Shown: positions 37,260 to 52,335 of the stretch, piece after piece | Position numbering within the stretch: the stretch's first letter is position 1 | How the letters are laid out: the number at the start of each line of letters is the position of its first letter | Assembly (NCBI GenBank): GCA_964016885.1 | Contig: OZ024740.1 | Location: 285,572,001 to 285,636,000, forward strand | Direction of reading: 5' to 3' | From: Eledone cirrhosa | Taxonomy: Eukaryota | DNA length: 64,000 nucleotides | Program-made: the position numbers and the translations under genes | Notes under the pieces: generated by a model | What the model was told of the DNA's origin: nothing | What the model saw: only the letters and a program-made list of their open reading frames with translations | Databases searched by the model: none

Positions 37260-37399
37260 AGAATGAGAAATTGAATAAGAAATAGAAAGATAGAGGAGAT
37301 TGAACAGGGGGCATATTTGTCAGGTCTTGGGATAGATCCTGCAGTGTGGTATATTGGGCAAATGTTATTTACTATATCCTCGGGTCGTGAAATTGGGTA

Positions 37400-37552
37400 C
37401 CGTATTTCCCAGCACCAAAGACGCTTCGTCCTCAAGGACGCACCCTATTTTGACAACCGAATAATAAACAACCTTCGGCCTCCAGGATGCATGGAAGATT
37501 TTTGAGACTTATTTCAGCAAAAAAGTAGCGTCTTCGACACCAGGAAATACGG
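37400..37552. mobile_element. Tc1/mariner-type MITE
   Basis: TA|CCGTATTTCC...AAGACGC ... GCGTCTT...GGAAATACGG|TA. Confidence 0.75.
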
Positions 37553-39258
37553 TAAATGGAAACTGTTTGGAAGCTTGTCAGACGAATTGTACCTGTAATT
37601 CAAAGGACCAGTCTTGTCATGCACTGTGTCATGTTGAATCTTCCTGAGAATTATGTTAAGGGTACACCTATTTGTGTTAATTTTATGCTCAGGTACTTCT
37701 TTAATTGAATGGCTGGAACACTCATTGTTTAAAATAATGGTTCATTCCATTCCATATACAAACCTATTGCATGCATAGATGCAGATGTCACGAAACATTC
37801 CAATAGACTCACCACAAGGGCTAAGGTTTATCTTTGAGTGGTAAATCTTGTGGATGGATAGTATGTTGATCTATTCTTGAAAGATATAGCACATATTCTT
37901 GAGAATATTAGGTAAACTCAGATATATAGAATTAAAGGCGTGGCCAAGAAATAATTACATCTGCTTTCAACTAAACCATTTCAGATGTAGAGTAATGTGT
38001 AAGACATGGCTGAATGGTTAGGAAGTTGACTTCATAATCATGAAGCTCCAGGTTCAATCCCACTGCATGGCATATTGGGCAAGCATCTTTTACCTTGTGT
38101 CACCATTAGAGGACCATTCCAGATTTTGGGGTGATGATCATAATCTGATTTTGGGGTGATGATCATAATCTGTTGCTCATTGGTGCCTATTAGAAGAAAC
38201 ATTTTGTTGCAAGCATTTAAGTCAAGCCTTGTGTCTGTTAATAGCTTCCTCCCATTGTCACGCTAGTCCAAGAGTCCATAAAAAGGGAAAAAGTTGTAGA
38301 CCCTGTCTTTCCAACTCGGGCTAAGCCATTAAAAAATTTCTGCTACAAACATGTTTGTATAGTCTTTTAACATACATGAGTGTTAATGTTTGTCCCCTTG
38401 AATTGGTTTGTAACTTGCTACAATTTAAATTTACATGTATTGTACTTGATATTGTAATTATACATACACACACATAGTGTCCCAAAAATGTATACACATC
38501 TCAACAGCATTCTCATCAAAGTATGTAAACATTTTTAGGGGACACACTGTATACATACATTTGCAATTCTGTATGTGTGTGTGTATATATATATATATAT
38601 ATTGCAGTTATATTGAATTCAGTGAAAATATTGCCTTATGAATTGGAAGATTTATAATTTTTTTCTTATACTTAATTAATAAAAAGGTCATTATTTTTTT
38701 TCTATCTTTAAAACAGTTCTTTTTGTTTATTTGATTGAATGGTTACAGGCAATATATTTTCTGATTCTTAATGCTTGGAATAATATCTTATTAATCTGAA
38801 TAGGCTCTTGAGCTCTTAATATATTACTTCAGTTGCTATTCTCATCAGAATAGTACTTATTGTGAACTAAGAATCAATTAAAGATAACATTCTTGGAAAT
38901 AAAGGAAAACTTGAATTTGTAATTCCATATCACATTTACTATTTGATAATTTTATATAATTAATTATATTTTTTTTTTACTGCGTTGCGATTACAAATAG
39001 AATTAAGCATTTTTCATGCCTATTTGTTTTTAATTTTTCAAGTATAGAATGAAGGACTTCAGTCAAATTTGTTATTTGTTAGTAATTATCTAATCTGTAT
39101 GTATCCAGTTGAGAATAGCTACATCATATTCAAATCTTAACCACCTGTCTGGATTCAGTTTACAATAGCTATATCATATCCAAATCTTAACCACTTGTTG
39201 CCCATGCTATTTGTTGCATTTACATGTCTTTCTTTAGGCACTTCTATTTATTCCTTAA

Positions 39259-39477
39259 TCCTTTAGCATTTAAACTGGCCATATCCAGCCAGAATTCTCT
39301 CACTTCTTTCTGTTCAAAATGACTAACTTGTTGCTCATACTTATGTTAAGGTATTGTTCTCAAAATAAATAATATCAAAATCTCGTAGATTCGATATTAT
39401 GTGAGATAATTATGTAAGATGAAGTCTTTACTGTGAAAATATAATAGCAAATATAGAGTAATGTAAATGCTAAAGAG
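39259..39477. mobile_element. piggyBac-type MITE (~210 bp)
   Basis: TTAA|(C/T)CCTTTAGCATTTA...TAAATGCTAAAG(A/G)G|TTAA. Copies at 46312-46519, ~57470-57622, 59535-59754, 59891-60106, ~62000-62155 and 62496-62663. Confidence 0.8.
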
Positions 39478-41132
39478 TTAAGATTCATTTCTAAATATTT
39501 TGAAATACTCTATCTCCATATGGTGTGTAACTGGTATAGAATAGGCATGTTGTATCCCTGCATGTTGTAAGTGGCAATGAGAGAGGTTGGGTCATAAACC
39601 ATTGCCTTCAAAATAACCCAATGATGAGTACAAATCTTGTCATGTGACCCACAAAGCTTCCCCATGCATCTTGGACATGGGAAATTGCCTTAAAATACTT
39701 GTTGATGTTAGTGTTAGTAATTATCCATGAAGTAAATGATAGAAAAATTATGATTCTGTAGGGCTTCATTTAATAGCATTACATTTTTTTAGCTTGTTTA
39801 GTTCTTAGTCAACCCTAATTCAGTGGAACTTTGAGCAGAACTTCCAGCTGTAACAATTCCATTTTTAAGATATAATTTAGGGAGATTTTGTCTATTATTT
39901 CCCATAGATCAAGTTACTGCATTGAAGCTCACTGTTAGTGTGTTAATATACATAACAAGTGTAGCCAATCTAGTTTATCCGTGTGTGTGTGTGTTGTTAA
40001 ACGTTGACACCAGACGGCATCCAATTGTAAAACATTACTTCAGAAAGACCCCATAATGAGTATGATTAAAATCTGTCATGGAATACTCAACTACATACCT
40101 GTTAATTTAACAAGTAGGTCATTCCATTCATCGAACTACTGAATCGTTTTTCGCAACTACCTCTGCTTATATGAGCGAGCTAGCGACATACTGTCTCCAT
40201 CTAAACCCAACTGATCCAGCTGTATTTCTTTTTCCTATCACTCTCATTGTGTCTCATTTCAAGATCTCACACTAAACACATCACTCAGCTTTTCTTCTTT
40301 AGAACTGTAAGCCACTGGAATTCTCTCTTCTTCACTACCAATCCACAGTCTGCAAAGGTCATCAGTGCTGTGCTTCCTCTCTGAGTAACAATAAAAAAGA
40401 TGAAAAGAGCACTAGTAGCAGGCCTGTTCTTAGGTGGGTGATTAGAAGTATTCTTGAAATTTGTATATTTGTATTTCAAGAGAATGGAAAATGGCAACAG
40501 AGGAAAGAAGCATATTTTAGAAGCTAGTGGTTAATTGCAATTAACTCTTTTGATACCAAACCACCCCTGATTCTATGATACAAAACTGTTTGTTTTAAAG
40601 TGTTTATATTTATAAAAAAAAACAACCTTCCATCATAATTTTTATATAAGAATCTTTAGTTAGTTATACTACTAATTTCTCCAAATTCTTTATTATATTC
40701 AGAGTTATTTGAAAATTATAGGCAGTATCTTTCATTAGAAATCTGGTAGTGAAAGGGTTAAAGTAAATGTAGAACAACTTTGTATGTAGAGTATCAATGG
40801 CTGGGCTGACAGACAGAAGTGTAGCTGTCAAGTTGATTTATTATCTACATAGAACCATCTTACTGTTTTACATAGATGATAACATCATGTTTCCATACTA
40901 AATTTTTCAACTTTTGGCATTTATTCTTTCACCTTGTTTCGGTTATTAGACTGTGGCCATGCTGGGGCACTGCTTTCAAGGGATTAAGTCAATTAAATAA
41001 ACTCCAGTATTTATTATTCTGAATCTGCTACTTATTTTATCAATCTCTTTTTGTCAAACCACTAGTTACAAGACATAAACAAACAATAAGCATAAACACA
41101 CACAAACACACACACGCACACATATATATATA

Positions 41133-41223
41133 TATCACAGGGTCATCAAACTCTGATGAGCCTGTGATAAGCAGGTGAAACTCCAGAGTAACAAGACTCA
41201 CTATTTAGCCTTAATAAAAGGAA
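41133..41223 (+). mobile_element. ~90-bp HHR mini-element with a 16-bp 5' inversion
   Basis: CTGATGA-GCCTG-tgataag-CAGGT-GAAA-CTC-ca-GAG-TA (41153-41190); TATCACAGGGTCATCA mirrors TGATGAGCCTGTGATA; (TA)n flanks. Confidence 0.7.
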
Positions 41224-44200
41224 TATATGTATATATGATTGGCTTCTACACAATTTCTATCTACCAAATTTCACTCTCAAGGCATGTGTCAGCTTGGGAC
41301 TATAGTAGAATAAATTTACTTATGGTTCCATTCATATTTTAGAGGAAATGTTCACAGTAAGATGCCCTTTCTAACTATTTGACTGTGTCTCCCTCACCAT
41401 CCTCCAGGAAAGCGCCTTCTCTATTCTGTCTGCTGGGGCCGTAGGGAGGCCAGTGTCTAGACCCCCAATTGCTCATAATAGTGAGAGATAGGGAGAATGG
41501 GAGAGACAGTGGGAGTTTGGTTCCTTTGTGTTCAGACCTGATGTATATGTCTGTTTCATAGATACACACTCACACAAAATAGTAGGTGGCACTTGCTTTC
41601 AGCTAGGCTGGCTGAAGGAGGCGGTGTTATGTTTTTTCTTGGGATAAATAGCATTGCTGCAAAGTTTTGTCTACTTTAATATGTCGCATCTCCATTTTAC
41701 ATACAATATTTACAATCATCATTGTTTTTACATAGACTTTTCCATGTTGGCATGGGTTGGATGGGACTTTTTGTTCAATGTTTTACAGCCAGATGCCCAG
41801 CTTTAAAATGTACCATATATTTTGAATTGAGGTTTTGTAGGATCAATAGATAAATCATATATTAATTTTTCACATTTTATTTTTATGGGAAAAGGTATGA
41901 CATATGAGTGTATCCAGTAATAGCAATATAAGCAATCAGTAGTTTTTCCAGATATAAGAATGTTCCTTATATTTGGTTTTGAAATTATCTATTAAATTTA
42001 TTTAAGAAGGTTGTTGTACTACCTACCTTGTTTGTTGTGTATAAATGTGTTTATGAAATGTCTTATCTTGCTAACTAGTTCCCTATTTATTATTAGCGTC
42101 ACAGGGCAGTGGATTGGCAGTCATTTGAACATCAAACAAATGTTTAGCAGTATTTGTTCTAGAGTCATTACATTTTGAGTTCAAATCCCACCAAGGTTAA
42201 CTTTGCCCTTCATCTTTACAGGATTGATAAAATAAAGTACCAATAACCCACTGCAGGTGATTTAATCGAAATTCCCCTCACCCAAAATTGTTGGCCTTGT
42301 GCATAAATTAGAAACCATTATTGCTCTCACTTCTAACACCTCAAAGATGATAGAAATAGTTATAAACAACCAACACCTTTATCATCTCCAGTCTCTTTCT
42401 CTGCTCAATGGTCATGGTTTCAGTAGAGTCAATCATATTGACCCCAGTATCTGGCTGATACTTTATTTTATTGATTCCAGAAAGATGGAGAAAATTGAAT
42501 TTGGCAGGATTTGAACTCAAAATGTAAAGAGCTGAAATAAATGCAGTAATGACGCTCTAACGATTCTGCAAATCCATCGTCTTAGCTAAAAAAATCTTTT
42601 CTACTTTTGGCACAAGGCCAGCAATTATCCCAGTGTATAACTGGTGCTTTATTTTATCGACCTCGTAAGGATGAAAGGCAAAGTTAACCTCAGCGGGATT
42701 TGAACTCGGACCATTAAGGACCATAACTCTATGCTGCAAAACATGGCGTCTGATGCTCTACCGATACTGTCAATAATAAAACAAGGTCAGTGCAGTAGAG
42801 CATTTAAAAATAAACATTTGAATAAATATCTCATCATCATTGAATGACAATGGTGTATTACAGTTTATAATTCTAGCAAACTATACACATTATTTAAATA
42901 TTCTAAAATGTAGGAGTTTATTTGTTAGTGTGTAGTCTGTTTTGAATGGATATACACACTTGATTGAGCATTGTAGGAGTATGACTTTTCAGCAAGACTG
43001 CTCTTTTTGAACTGATTTACTTAAGGAAAGGACTCTGTTTTAACATCTTTATTTGAATGTGCAGCTGCTGTTTTATCATGTTTGTTGTCATTACAAATAC
43101 ATACTTAGTATAGTACAGATCTTTCTAAACGTTTGGCATTGGCAACACACTTCAAAAATAACACTTTTTGTGAGGTATTTTAAAGGGTTAAATCTTTTGT
43201 GACCTTATTTCTAATGAAATACACTCTTTCAATTAATTAATGAAGAATTTTGAGGGATTTACTAAAATTATTATTTTATTACTAAGGCAGTAACTTAGCA
43301 TATGATTCTTATGTAAAATTTTGTTGAAAGATTTTAATTTTAAATAGGAACCCTTTAAATGAGTGGTTTTGGTCTATAGAATTGGAGCCAGTTTTGGCTG
43401 GGCTGAAATGAAATGGATTAACTCTTAATGTCCTATACCACATAAAGCTGCATTAGCAAGATATTCTTTAAAAATATGAACCAGCATTAGGACTGCTTCA
43501 CATAAAAAGATACCATAAATATTTGAATTAACAAACCTATTTTTAGATATTTTCTGCTAAATTCTTAGAAAATGTTAAGAGGTAATTAAGTTTTGTTACC
43601 AACATGAAATGAACAACATAAATAAATATCTTATTATGTATCACAAATCATGTATCTAATTGTACACAGAATTACAAAATCTTAAAATTATACTCCACAG
43701 CCAAATATTGGTAAAAATTCATTAACTTTGATTTAATTACACAACACATCTAGAGATTATGGGAGACACAGTTTGGAAATCTCTGGTATAGATAAATATA
43801 TAACATTCTAATAATATTATATCCCAAGATCTCTATAGATTAAATTACATTTCTATCTGAACTTGCTGCAGGTAATTTAACTGCTAGGCTCACCCCCACC
43901 TATCTTCTTTAAATATTGATCACACTATCATAAAATAGGGCAGGAACCTATTTTCTTGCTCGGTATATTGATGCATGTAACATACTCTGCATGGGGATAT
44001 GATATATTGGCTATAATAGTATTTGAATTCATGATCATATGAGTATTGTGGGACCTTAATCTTACACATTGTACAACACAAATTTAATTTTCAACAGTTT
44101 TATAGAAAATCCCTAATTTAGACAATGATTCATACATTTAAAATTATATTAATAATAAAATTCAAAGTTTTAAACCCCCCAAGCAAAGCATGTTTTCCAA

Positions 44201-46859
44201 TGTGTAAATAAAGTATAACCTCAACATTGAATATATACATATCTAGGTCATTGGTTTGGTTATTGATTGTGTATTGGAAATGTCGCCCAATGAAAACTTA
44301 ACTACACATGAATAAATAAGATTGAAAATTTTATGAAAGTAATTCTGTTTACATTGGAAAATGATTTGTGTTCTTGTCTCTTGTATATTTAACCTCTAAT
44401 AAGGTCAAGTTTGAACAGAGTTTAATCTTTAGTTAACTACTCATTACAATATTTGCACATGTAACTCTACTGTCAACATACCTCTGTTGTTTGGCTCATA
44501 TATGATGTTTATTTGTCATTATCAGATTTTACTAAATCACTTTTACGAGAACTTCATATCGTTAGGCTTGCCTGACAATATGTTTACTATTTAATGCATT
44601 TAATCTTTTCCTTACCACATTTTTTAATGGATGATGATGCTTATGGGTTTCAAATAATTTTGAAAATAATCAAGAATTTCGAGGGATTTACTAATATGAC
44701 TTTCTCATTATTAAGCTAGTATTTGAAACATAACTTAAATGTTCTTACATAAAATAATGATGGCTGTTTTTTTTTTTTTTTAGATAAATATAAACACTTT
44801 AAAATAAACAGTTTATTATTGTAGAAACAGAGGCAGTTTGGTTTCAAATAGATTGAGAGAAGTAATTCAGGCACAGGCATGGTTATGTGGTTAAGGCAGT
44901 TGCAACTTTTTTATATTCAGTCCCACTGTGCGACACATTGGGCAGGTGCCTTCTATAACCATGAGTTGAGCAATGCTTTTTGAGTACAATTTGGTAGATG
45001 GATATAGTGCAGAAGCCTCTCATAATATGTATATATGTGTGTGTATGTGTCTGCTTATGTTTCATAACTTTGCTCTTTGACTAAAAGCGATTGATAAATC
45101 AAATATTAGGTTTGAAAACATAAATACTAAGGTTGATATGATTGGTTAAATCCTTTCATGGCTGCAGTCTAATGACTGAAACCATTGGAAGAGTAAAAGT
45201 AAAAGATTTTTTTACACTCTTTTCTCAACCCCGTTGAATGTTTAAGCAGGTTTCCTAGCTTTTTAATGTGATTAGAGTCACTGCCAAGTGCTGGGTGTTG
45301 AGACAGTCTGCATACTAGGGTCTCCTACATGACTCGTGAGGGACCACCAACGTTCAACCTCCCCAAAGGAATCCATAGGCATTTTCCTTTAGTTTCTGTG
45401 AACCTGTTGCAATTTGTGGATATTGATGTAATAGAAACATGGATAAGACAATTTTTATCTATAGATTCTTTGATACTGTCTCAACAGGGTAAGGAGGCAT
45501 CGTTCTGAGGTTTAACATACCTTATAGTTTGAGTTGAGTTTGCATTATTACAGAATTGTCATCCAAATCTGCCAGTCCCTGGGATAGCTTAATAAGACAG
45601 TTAAACCCTATCCTGCTTACCAGCAGCCTGTTTATGACCTGGGAGTCATTACAAATAGGATTGATGTCCATTCATTGTACACAGTTTCTGTATTGTCAGT
45701 TGTCCCTGAAGTGACTGGATCAATACAAGATGGCTGGACTGATTTCAGCTTAGCTCCAACTATGAGCACAATCCATTAAGAATACTACACTGACTCTACT
45801 CACGAATCAGCACTCAGAATTAACTGTCTCAAGAATATTTAAATGTTTTTCTACAAGCAGCAGTTGTACTTCAACACTGTGGAGTGTAGATCAAGGAAGA
45901 ACAAGATACAAAGTTACCCAATCATCATATGCTCATGTCACAAAGCTAGCTAATATTGTATATACTCGAATATGAGCTGAGGAATATGTAACCAAAACAT
46001 CGATGGTAAAAGGGTAGTGTCAGCTTATATTGAGGATGAATATTTTGATGATTTTCACCAACTTCAAATCCTACATAAATAGGTTTTGGATTTTTGCCCA
46101 TTTCTCAGACATAAAATAGTGGGGTCAGCTTATATACCAATGTATACAGTAAACACATTGGGGTAAAATTCTAATTCACTGTGCCTAGATATACTTTAGA
46201 TACTCATCCATTCACACTTCCATTTTACATATGAAGTATATTTTGAATAAAGGTCTTGTAGGTCTGACTGATAAGATACATGCTGGTTTTTGATGTATTT
46301 TCATGACTTAATCCTTTAGCATTTAAACTGGCCGTATCCAGCCAGAATTCTCTCACCTCTTTTTGTGCAAACTGGCTGTAACTGGCCACTCATACTGATG
46401 TTAAGGTATTGTTCTCAAAATAAATAATATCAAAATCTCATAGATTCGATATTATGTGAAATAAAGCCTTAACTATGAAAATACAATAGTAAATATAGAG
46501 TAATGTAAATGCTAAAGGGTTATTATATATGAGTATATTCAGTAATATAATTTTTGATACTTACTGAAAGTATGCTAGGATAGCTTAGTAATTTTGTTGA
46601 CTCAGACAGACAAATGATAGTCTCTGTCTATGTTGACAATATTTAAATTCAGAGTTGTAAACAACTAAATTGCTGAATACAACTTTACTATCAAACTTAT
46701 TTCAACCATTTAAAAACATATATATATTCATAATAATATGCTTTGATTATTGAATATGATTTTTTTTGTAATTTTTTATCTGAAGTAATTTCACCTTCTG
46801 TTTTCCTTTCAACTCTGTTTTGTCACAACATTGTTTAATTCTGGCCAAATAAATGCTGA

Positions 46860-47395
46860 AATGATGTATATAAAAAAATAATGAAAATATTGTGTACAGT
46901 GCTCAAGTGCACTACAACTCATCAAAAGTGTATGTATAGTGCATAGGGTAATGTACAAACGTCAGGAAAATGAACAGTGCATGAGTCATGATATACACAT
47001 GTGTGCATGTGTATGGAAGGAGGACATCAGGTGTAGTTTTGGCGAATTTCGGGAAGCATGAGTGTCTTAAAGGATGCAGCTAACAACTGACGCAGGCAGT
47101 TTGTTCCATGCTTCAGCAACTCTAAGCGTGAAGAAATGTTTCCGAAAGTCATGGGAGCTGTGCTGTTTTCTGACTTTGTAGGCATGTCCACGTGTGTTAG
47201 ACACATGGAGATCAAAAAGATGCTCCGGGTTGTTGGCGAGATGGTTAATAACTGTGTGGGTGTTTGCCAAGTCCATTGCCAGACGGAGCTTCAATGAATC
47301 CATACCAGGGAAGCAAGGCGTTCAGAGTATGGTAGGTGTCTGATGGAGGGTATGCGCTTGGTTGCACGTCTCTGAACAGTTTCCAGGAGGTCAAT
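46860..47395 (-). mobile_element. CR1-type LINE 3' fragment
   Basis: NTRGHAYKV...RKHFFTLRVAEAWNKLPASVV; a second 3' UTR copy lies at ~49760-49990. Confidence 0.8.
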
Positions 47396-47784
47396 ATCTA
47401 TGTGCATATATTATCTATCTATATATATATAATATTGTTTCTACTTTTGGCACAAGGCCAGCAATTACCCAGTGCATTACTGGCACTTTATTTTATCGAC
47501 CCCGTAAGGATGAAAGGCAAAGTTGACCTCGGCGGGATTTGAACTCAGAATGGCAAGGGCCGTAACTATGCGTCAAAGCATGGCGTCCGACCCTCTACCG
47601 ATACTGCCAATCCACCGCATTGGTGTGCAATGTTCAGTTACTGGTGGTTTACCAGTTTGAGCACTCAAGTGTCACATGTGAATATATACATATATATGTT
47701 TTATATTTACATATGTATGTATATATATATATATATATAGTTATATATATATATAGTTATATATATATATATAGTTATATATAT

Positions 47785-48042
47785 ATTAGAAATTATAAGC
47801 TTTCACCGTATTTTAGACTAAAGAAATTTTTAGCCTGATAGTGTTCTGGATAACCAAAGATGTGGGTTCGACTCCCATGTAAGACAACACTCATCTGTTT
47901 CCATTTCTCCGAGGGTTATAAACCCCACTATCAGGCTAGAAATTTCTTTAGTCTAAAATACGGTGAAAGCTTATAATTTCTAATTTCAAACTCGCGCACC
48001 GTTTCAAAAACATACTTACATGTTTACGTTTATAATTTGCTT
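47785..48042 (+). mobile_element. Asymmetric inverted-repeat element with an HHR-like 3' half and a tRNA-like spacer
   Basis: 59-bp arms 47785-47843/47926-47984; GAAAGCTTA at 47965; spacer contains GGGTTCGACTCCC; right extension to (TA)n. Confidence 0.6.
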
Positions 48043-48425
48043 ATATATATATATTTATATATATATACTAGAATGTTTTTCGACATGCTGACGCACATGT
48101 GTATGTGTGTATGTGTATGTGTGTGCAGATGTATACATTATTATGTATGAGTATATAAATATAAACGTGCAAACACAGACACTTACAAAAATGCACTCAC
48201 AGACATACATTCACAAATACACATACATTCACAAACATACACATACTCACACATAGTGTAGCAAATGGAACACCGGCTGCTGTTTTGTTTCTAATTTCTA
48301 ATTTCAAACTCGCGCACCGTTTCAAAAACATACTTACATGTTTACGTTTATAATTTGCTTATATATATATATATATTTATATATATATACTAGAATGTTT
48401 TTCGACATGCTGACGCACATGTGTA

Positions 48426-48466
<41 letters not shown>

Positions 48467-48503
48467 ATGTATACATTATTATGTATGAGTATATAAATAT
48501 AAA
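47977..48503. repeat. Direct duplication of ~190 bp (47977-48165 / 48295-48503)
   Basis: TTTCTAATTTCAAACTCGCGCACCG...CTAGAATGTTTTTCGACATGCTGACGC... is present twice. Confidence 0.85.
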
Positions 48504-51500
48504 TACATACATATGTAAATATAAAACATATATATAAGACATACTTTTTATGACTGTAAAATAGTTTGTGTTAGTAAAGGATTCCGGTGTGTACTGGGTG
48601 CATTTTTTCATGAGGGCCATCACTGGGAAGGTTGTCAATCATTAACTCTAATGAAGAGCCTTCCCTACCCTATGGGGGTGGATATGAAGATAAGTATGAT
48701 GTGATAGGTGCATAACAAGTTGAGGAGAGGTGATAAAGTATGACAAGTGTGGTGGGATTTGACTGGATGATGTGTGGGGGAGAGGGTGACCTGATTGAGT
48801 TAGGAGTACTGTGATGATGATGACAGCTACTAACAAGTTGTGAGTGATGTGTAAGGATTTAAGGAGGAGGGGTGACCCTGAATAGTGTGTGGGTGTAGGT
48901 GTACAGTGATGGTGAGGCTAACTACTAAGAAGCATGAACAGGTCAGGTCACATAACTTATAGTGGTAGGTGTGTCTTCTCCAGTATCATCATCATCATCA
49001 CCGTTTTACATCTGTTCTTCCACGCTAGCATGGGTTAGACGGGTTGTCCTGTTGTGGGCAGTGTCCGGTTGGCTGACGTTTTGCTCATATGGGAACTGAT
49101 TCTGGCTTGATTTCAACAGCTGGATGCCCTTCCTAACACCAACCTCATTTACAGTGAGTGCTGGGTGTTTTTTGTTCTTCCGTGGTACCTATACGTCCAC
49201 TTTACAGTGTGGGCTGAGTGCTTTTTTGCAGTGGAATGATAGGGACTCTAGTCCTATCATCTCATTTCTACAGCTGAGTAAACTGGAGCAATGTGAAATA
49301 AAGTGTCTTGCTCAAGGAAACAACACATCACCACATGTTACAAATCCTTATCCTTTGTCATCTCTGTCGTGAGCTTCAGCTTCCCTAGGTCAGTTTTCAT
49401 CTCTGTCTTGTATATACCTGTTGTCTCCAGTTTACATACAACATATATAATGTGCCGTATATTTTGAATTAAAGTTTTATAGGTTCAGTGGATAGGTTGT
49501 TAGAACTGCATGTTCTGTCTTAGGGTTATAATCCACCATTGTTTTAGAACAAGGCTCGTGGTAAGTTCTTGTATGTACCATAAATACTCGAATATAATCT
49601 GACCCCTCTATTTTATGTCTGAGAAATAGGCAAAAATCCAAACCTCATTTATAAGCCGAGGTAGCTACTCAACACATAGTTTAGATGGCATATATAAGCT
49701 GACCCCTCTGCCCCTGTTTTACCATTGGTTTTTTTTTGTCATATTCCTTGGCTTATAATAATAATGAAATTATTGTGTACAGTGCTCAGGTGCACTACAA
49801 CTCATCAAAGGTGCATGTATAGTACATAGAATAATGTACAAATGTCAGGAAAGTGAATAGTGTGAGTCATGATATACATTGTGCGTGTGTATGGAGGGGA
49901 ATATCAGGTGTAGTGTTGGCGAATTTCAGCAAGCATGGAGGATTTAAAGGATGCAGTGTCTCGACAGCTAACAAATGATGCAGGTAGTTTGTTATTTGAG
50001 TATATACAGTAATTATTTAATACCTATGCTCTATGTTATGTTACTTAATTTTCCTTCTACACTAATTAATAAACCTACAGCACCAGATAATTTAGCCTGG
50101 ATAGTGATACAAAAATACTCTGAGAGCATGTATAGTTTTAACTATACTAAAGATACTGTCATCTAACCGCAGGTTACTCCAGATTCAGTCTACTTACAAT
50201 TAAGTATTCCAGCTGTGACCATGCAGTCTTTTTTAGACATAGTATATTGAGAATTTCATTATTCAATATGTCCAAGGGCAGTAGATTGGCAGTATCGGTA
50301 GAACATCAGACAACATGCCTTGTGGCATATAATTACAGCCCTTAATGTTCTCAGCTCAAATCCCACTGAGGTTAGCTTTGCCTTTCATCCCTAAAGGGTT
50401 GATAAAATAAAGTATCAGTAATACACTGGAGTTGATTTAATCAACTTACCCTTCCATTCAAATTGCTGGCTTTGTACCAAATGTAGAAATAATTATTTAA
50501 TATGTCGTTGCTTTTAAAAAAACAAACAATAGAGGATATCTGGCTGTTATTTCAAGCAGGTTGTGCAATTGTGTAGATGCTCTCTCGTTAGCTTACGTGC
50601 CAAAGATGCAATTAAATTAGGTCAAAATTTTATTACTACAGTAGACACTAATACAGAGCAACCAGCTTATGTGCTTATCAAATGTGGCACATTATGCACC
50701 TACTATCACATTGTTACATTTTTAATGGAGTCAGATATTCAGTAGCCCAGAGCTACAGAGCCATGCATAAACCACTTCTGCTCTACATGATGTTCATGTA
50801 GTCCTTTTGATACCAACCCACCTGAAATTGCCACTAGTTCTAGGATACAAACTCTTTGTTTTAAAGTGTTTATATTTATCTAAAATCCTTCCATCATAAT
50901 ATAATTTAAGAACCTTAAGTTATATTCCAAACACCAGCTTAATGAGAAAGGTTAGTTTTGTTACCAAATCTCACCAAATTCTTGATTATTTTCAAAATGA
51001 TTTGAAAATGATAGCATCTTTCTTTAGAAATATAGTAACAAAAGGGTTAAAGAATTGTCTACGAAGAGGCGTTGCTTGCAACAGTTCCTCTTTGTAATTT
51101 AGTATGCTTTGATTTAGGTGTCTTTTCAAAGTGGTGTTTGCAGTCTCTTGTAACTGAAATTGGCCTTTCTTATTACTGTATACACTCGAATATAAGCCAC
51201 CTCCACCCTTATTTTATGTCTGAGAAATGGGCAAAAATCCAAGCTCCATTTATAAGCTGAGGCAGTTGAATTTCATGAGCAAACTGTTCCATTGATCAAA
51301 CAACTGGAACACCCATTATTGGAACCATTAGAGGCCCATTCCATTTGATGGTTATTTATCTCAATGATATTTTCCTCATTGCCATTGAGGTACATAACTG
51401 TTTCCCAGTCTCATTAATCATAATCATCATCATACATCTGCTTCCCATGGGTTTGACAATTTGTCATGGTTTGAAAGTAGATGGGTTCGTGCAACCTCAT

Positions 51501-51997
51501 CTTGCTTGTATGTTCAATATTTGACATGGTTTCTATGGCTGGATGCTGTTCCTAATGCCAACTACCTTACCTGGTGTACAGGATGTTTTTTCAAGACACC
51601 ACCACTACCACTTTACAGAGTGTACTGAGTGCATTTTATTAGGGCAACAACACTAGAGAGGTTATCACGTTTGTCCAGACTGAAGTGTTTTTTCAAACCC
51701 TATATTATCTTTGTTAAATCACCATTACTGTAGCCTTCAAACTCTCACTATATTTACTTTTAGTGTTGCTGTGCTTGTAGTACTTATAGATGGGTCTTTT
51801 GTATCATTAAGGTCTCTACAAACTTCATCAGAGTGAGCATACTAGTTACTAGTTTCAGTTTTTAGGCTGTGGCCATGCTGGGCTATGTTTTCAAGGCATT
51901 TAGTTGATTATACCCACCCCAGTACTTTCGCTGGTACTTACTTTATTGAATGGTTAAGTTCACCACAATATAACTCAGGCAGAATAAACACCATAAA

Positions 51998-52119
51998 GTA
52001 TTTTTGTTCAGTATTTTTGTTCAGTATTTTTGTTCTGTATTTTTGTTCTGTATTTTTGTTCAGCATTTTTGTTCAGCATTTTTGTTCAGCATTTTTGTTC
52101 AGCATTTTTGTTCAGCATT
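51998..52119. repeat. 13-bp minisatellite (ATTTTTGTTCAG(C/T)) x~9
   Basis: Read directly from the sequence. Confidence 0.9.
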
Positions 52120-52335
52120 GCTGTTTATTGGCAATCCTTTATCAACACACACCCATATACATACATGACAGCTTTCTGCACATTTTTCATTCACCAAATT
52201 TAACTCGTAATGCATTTGTTGATTTGAGGTTACACGAAAGATGTTATGCAATGGAATCAAACCTGGAACTATGTGCTTGTGACACAAACTTCTTAACAAC
52301 CCAACCATGCCTAGATAATAATAATAATAATAATT

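Noticed and set aside
51998-52119. Regular short repeats resembling a CRISPR array
   Set aside because: No unique spacers, eukaryotic context and no cas genes; it is a minisatellite.
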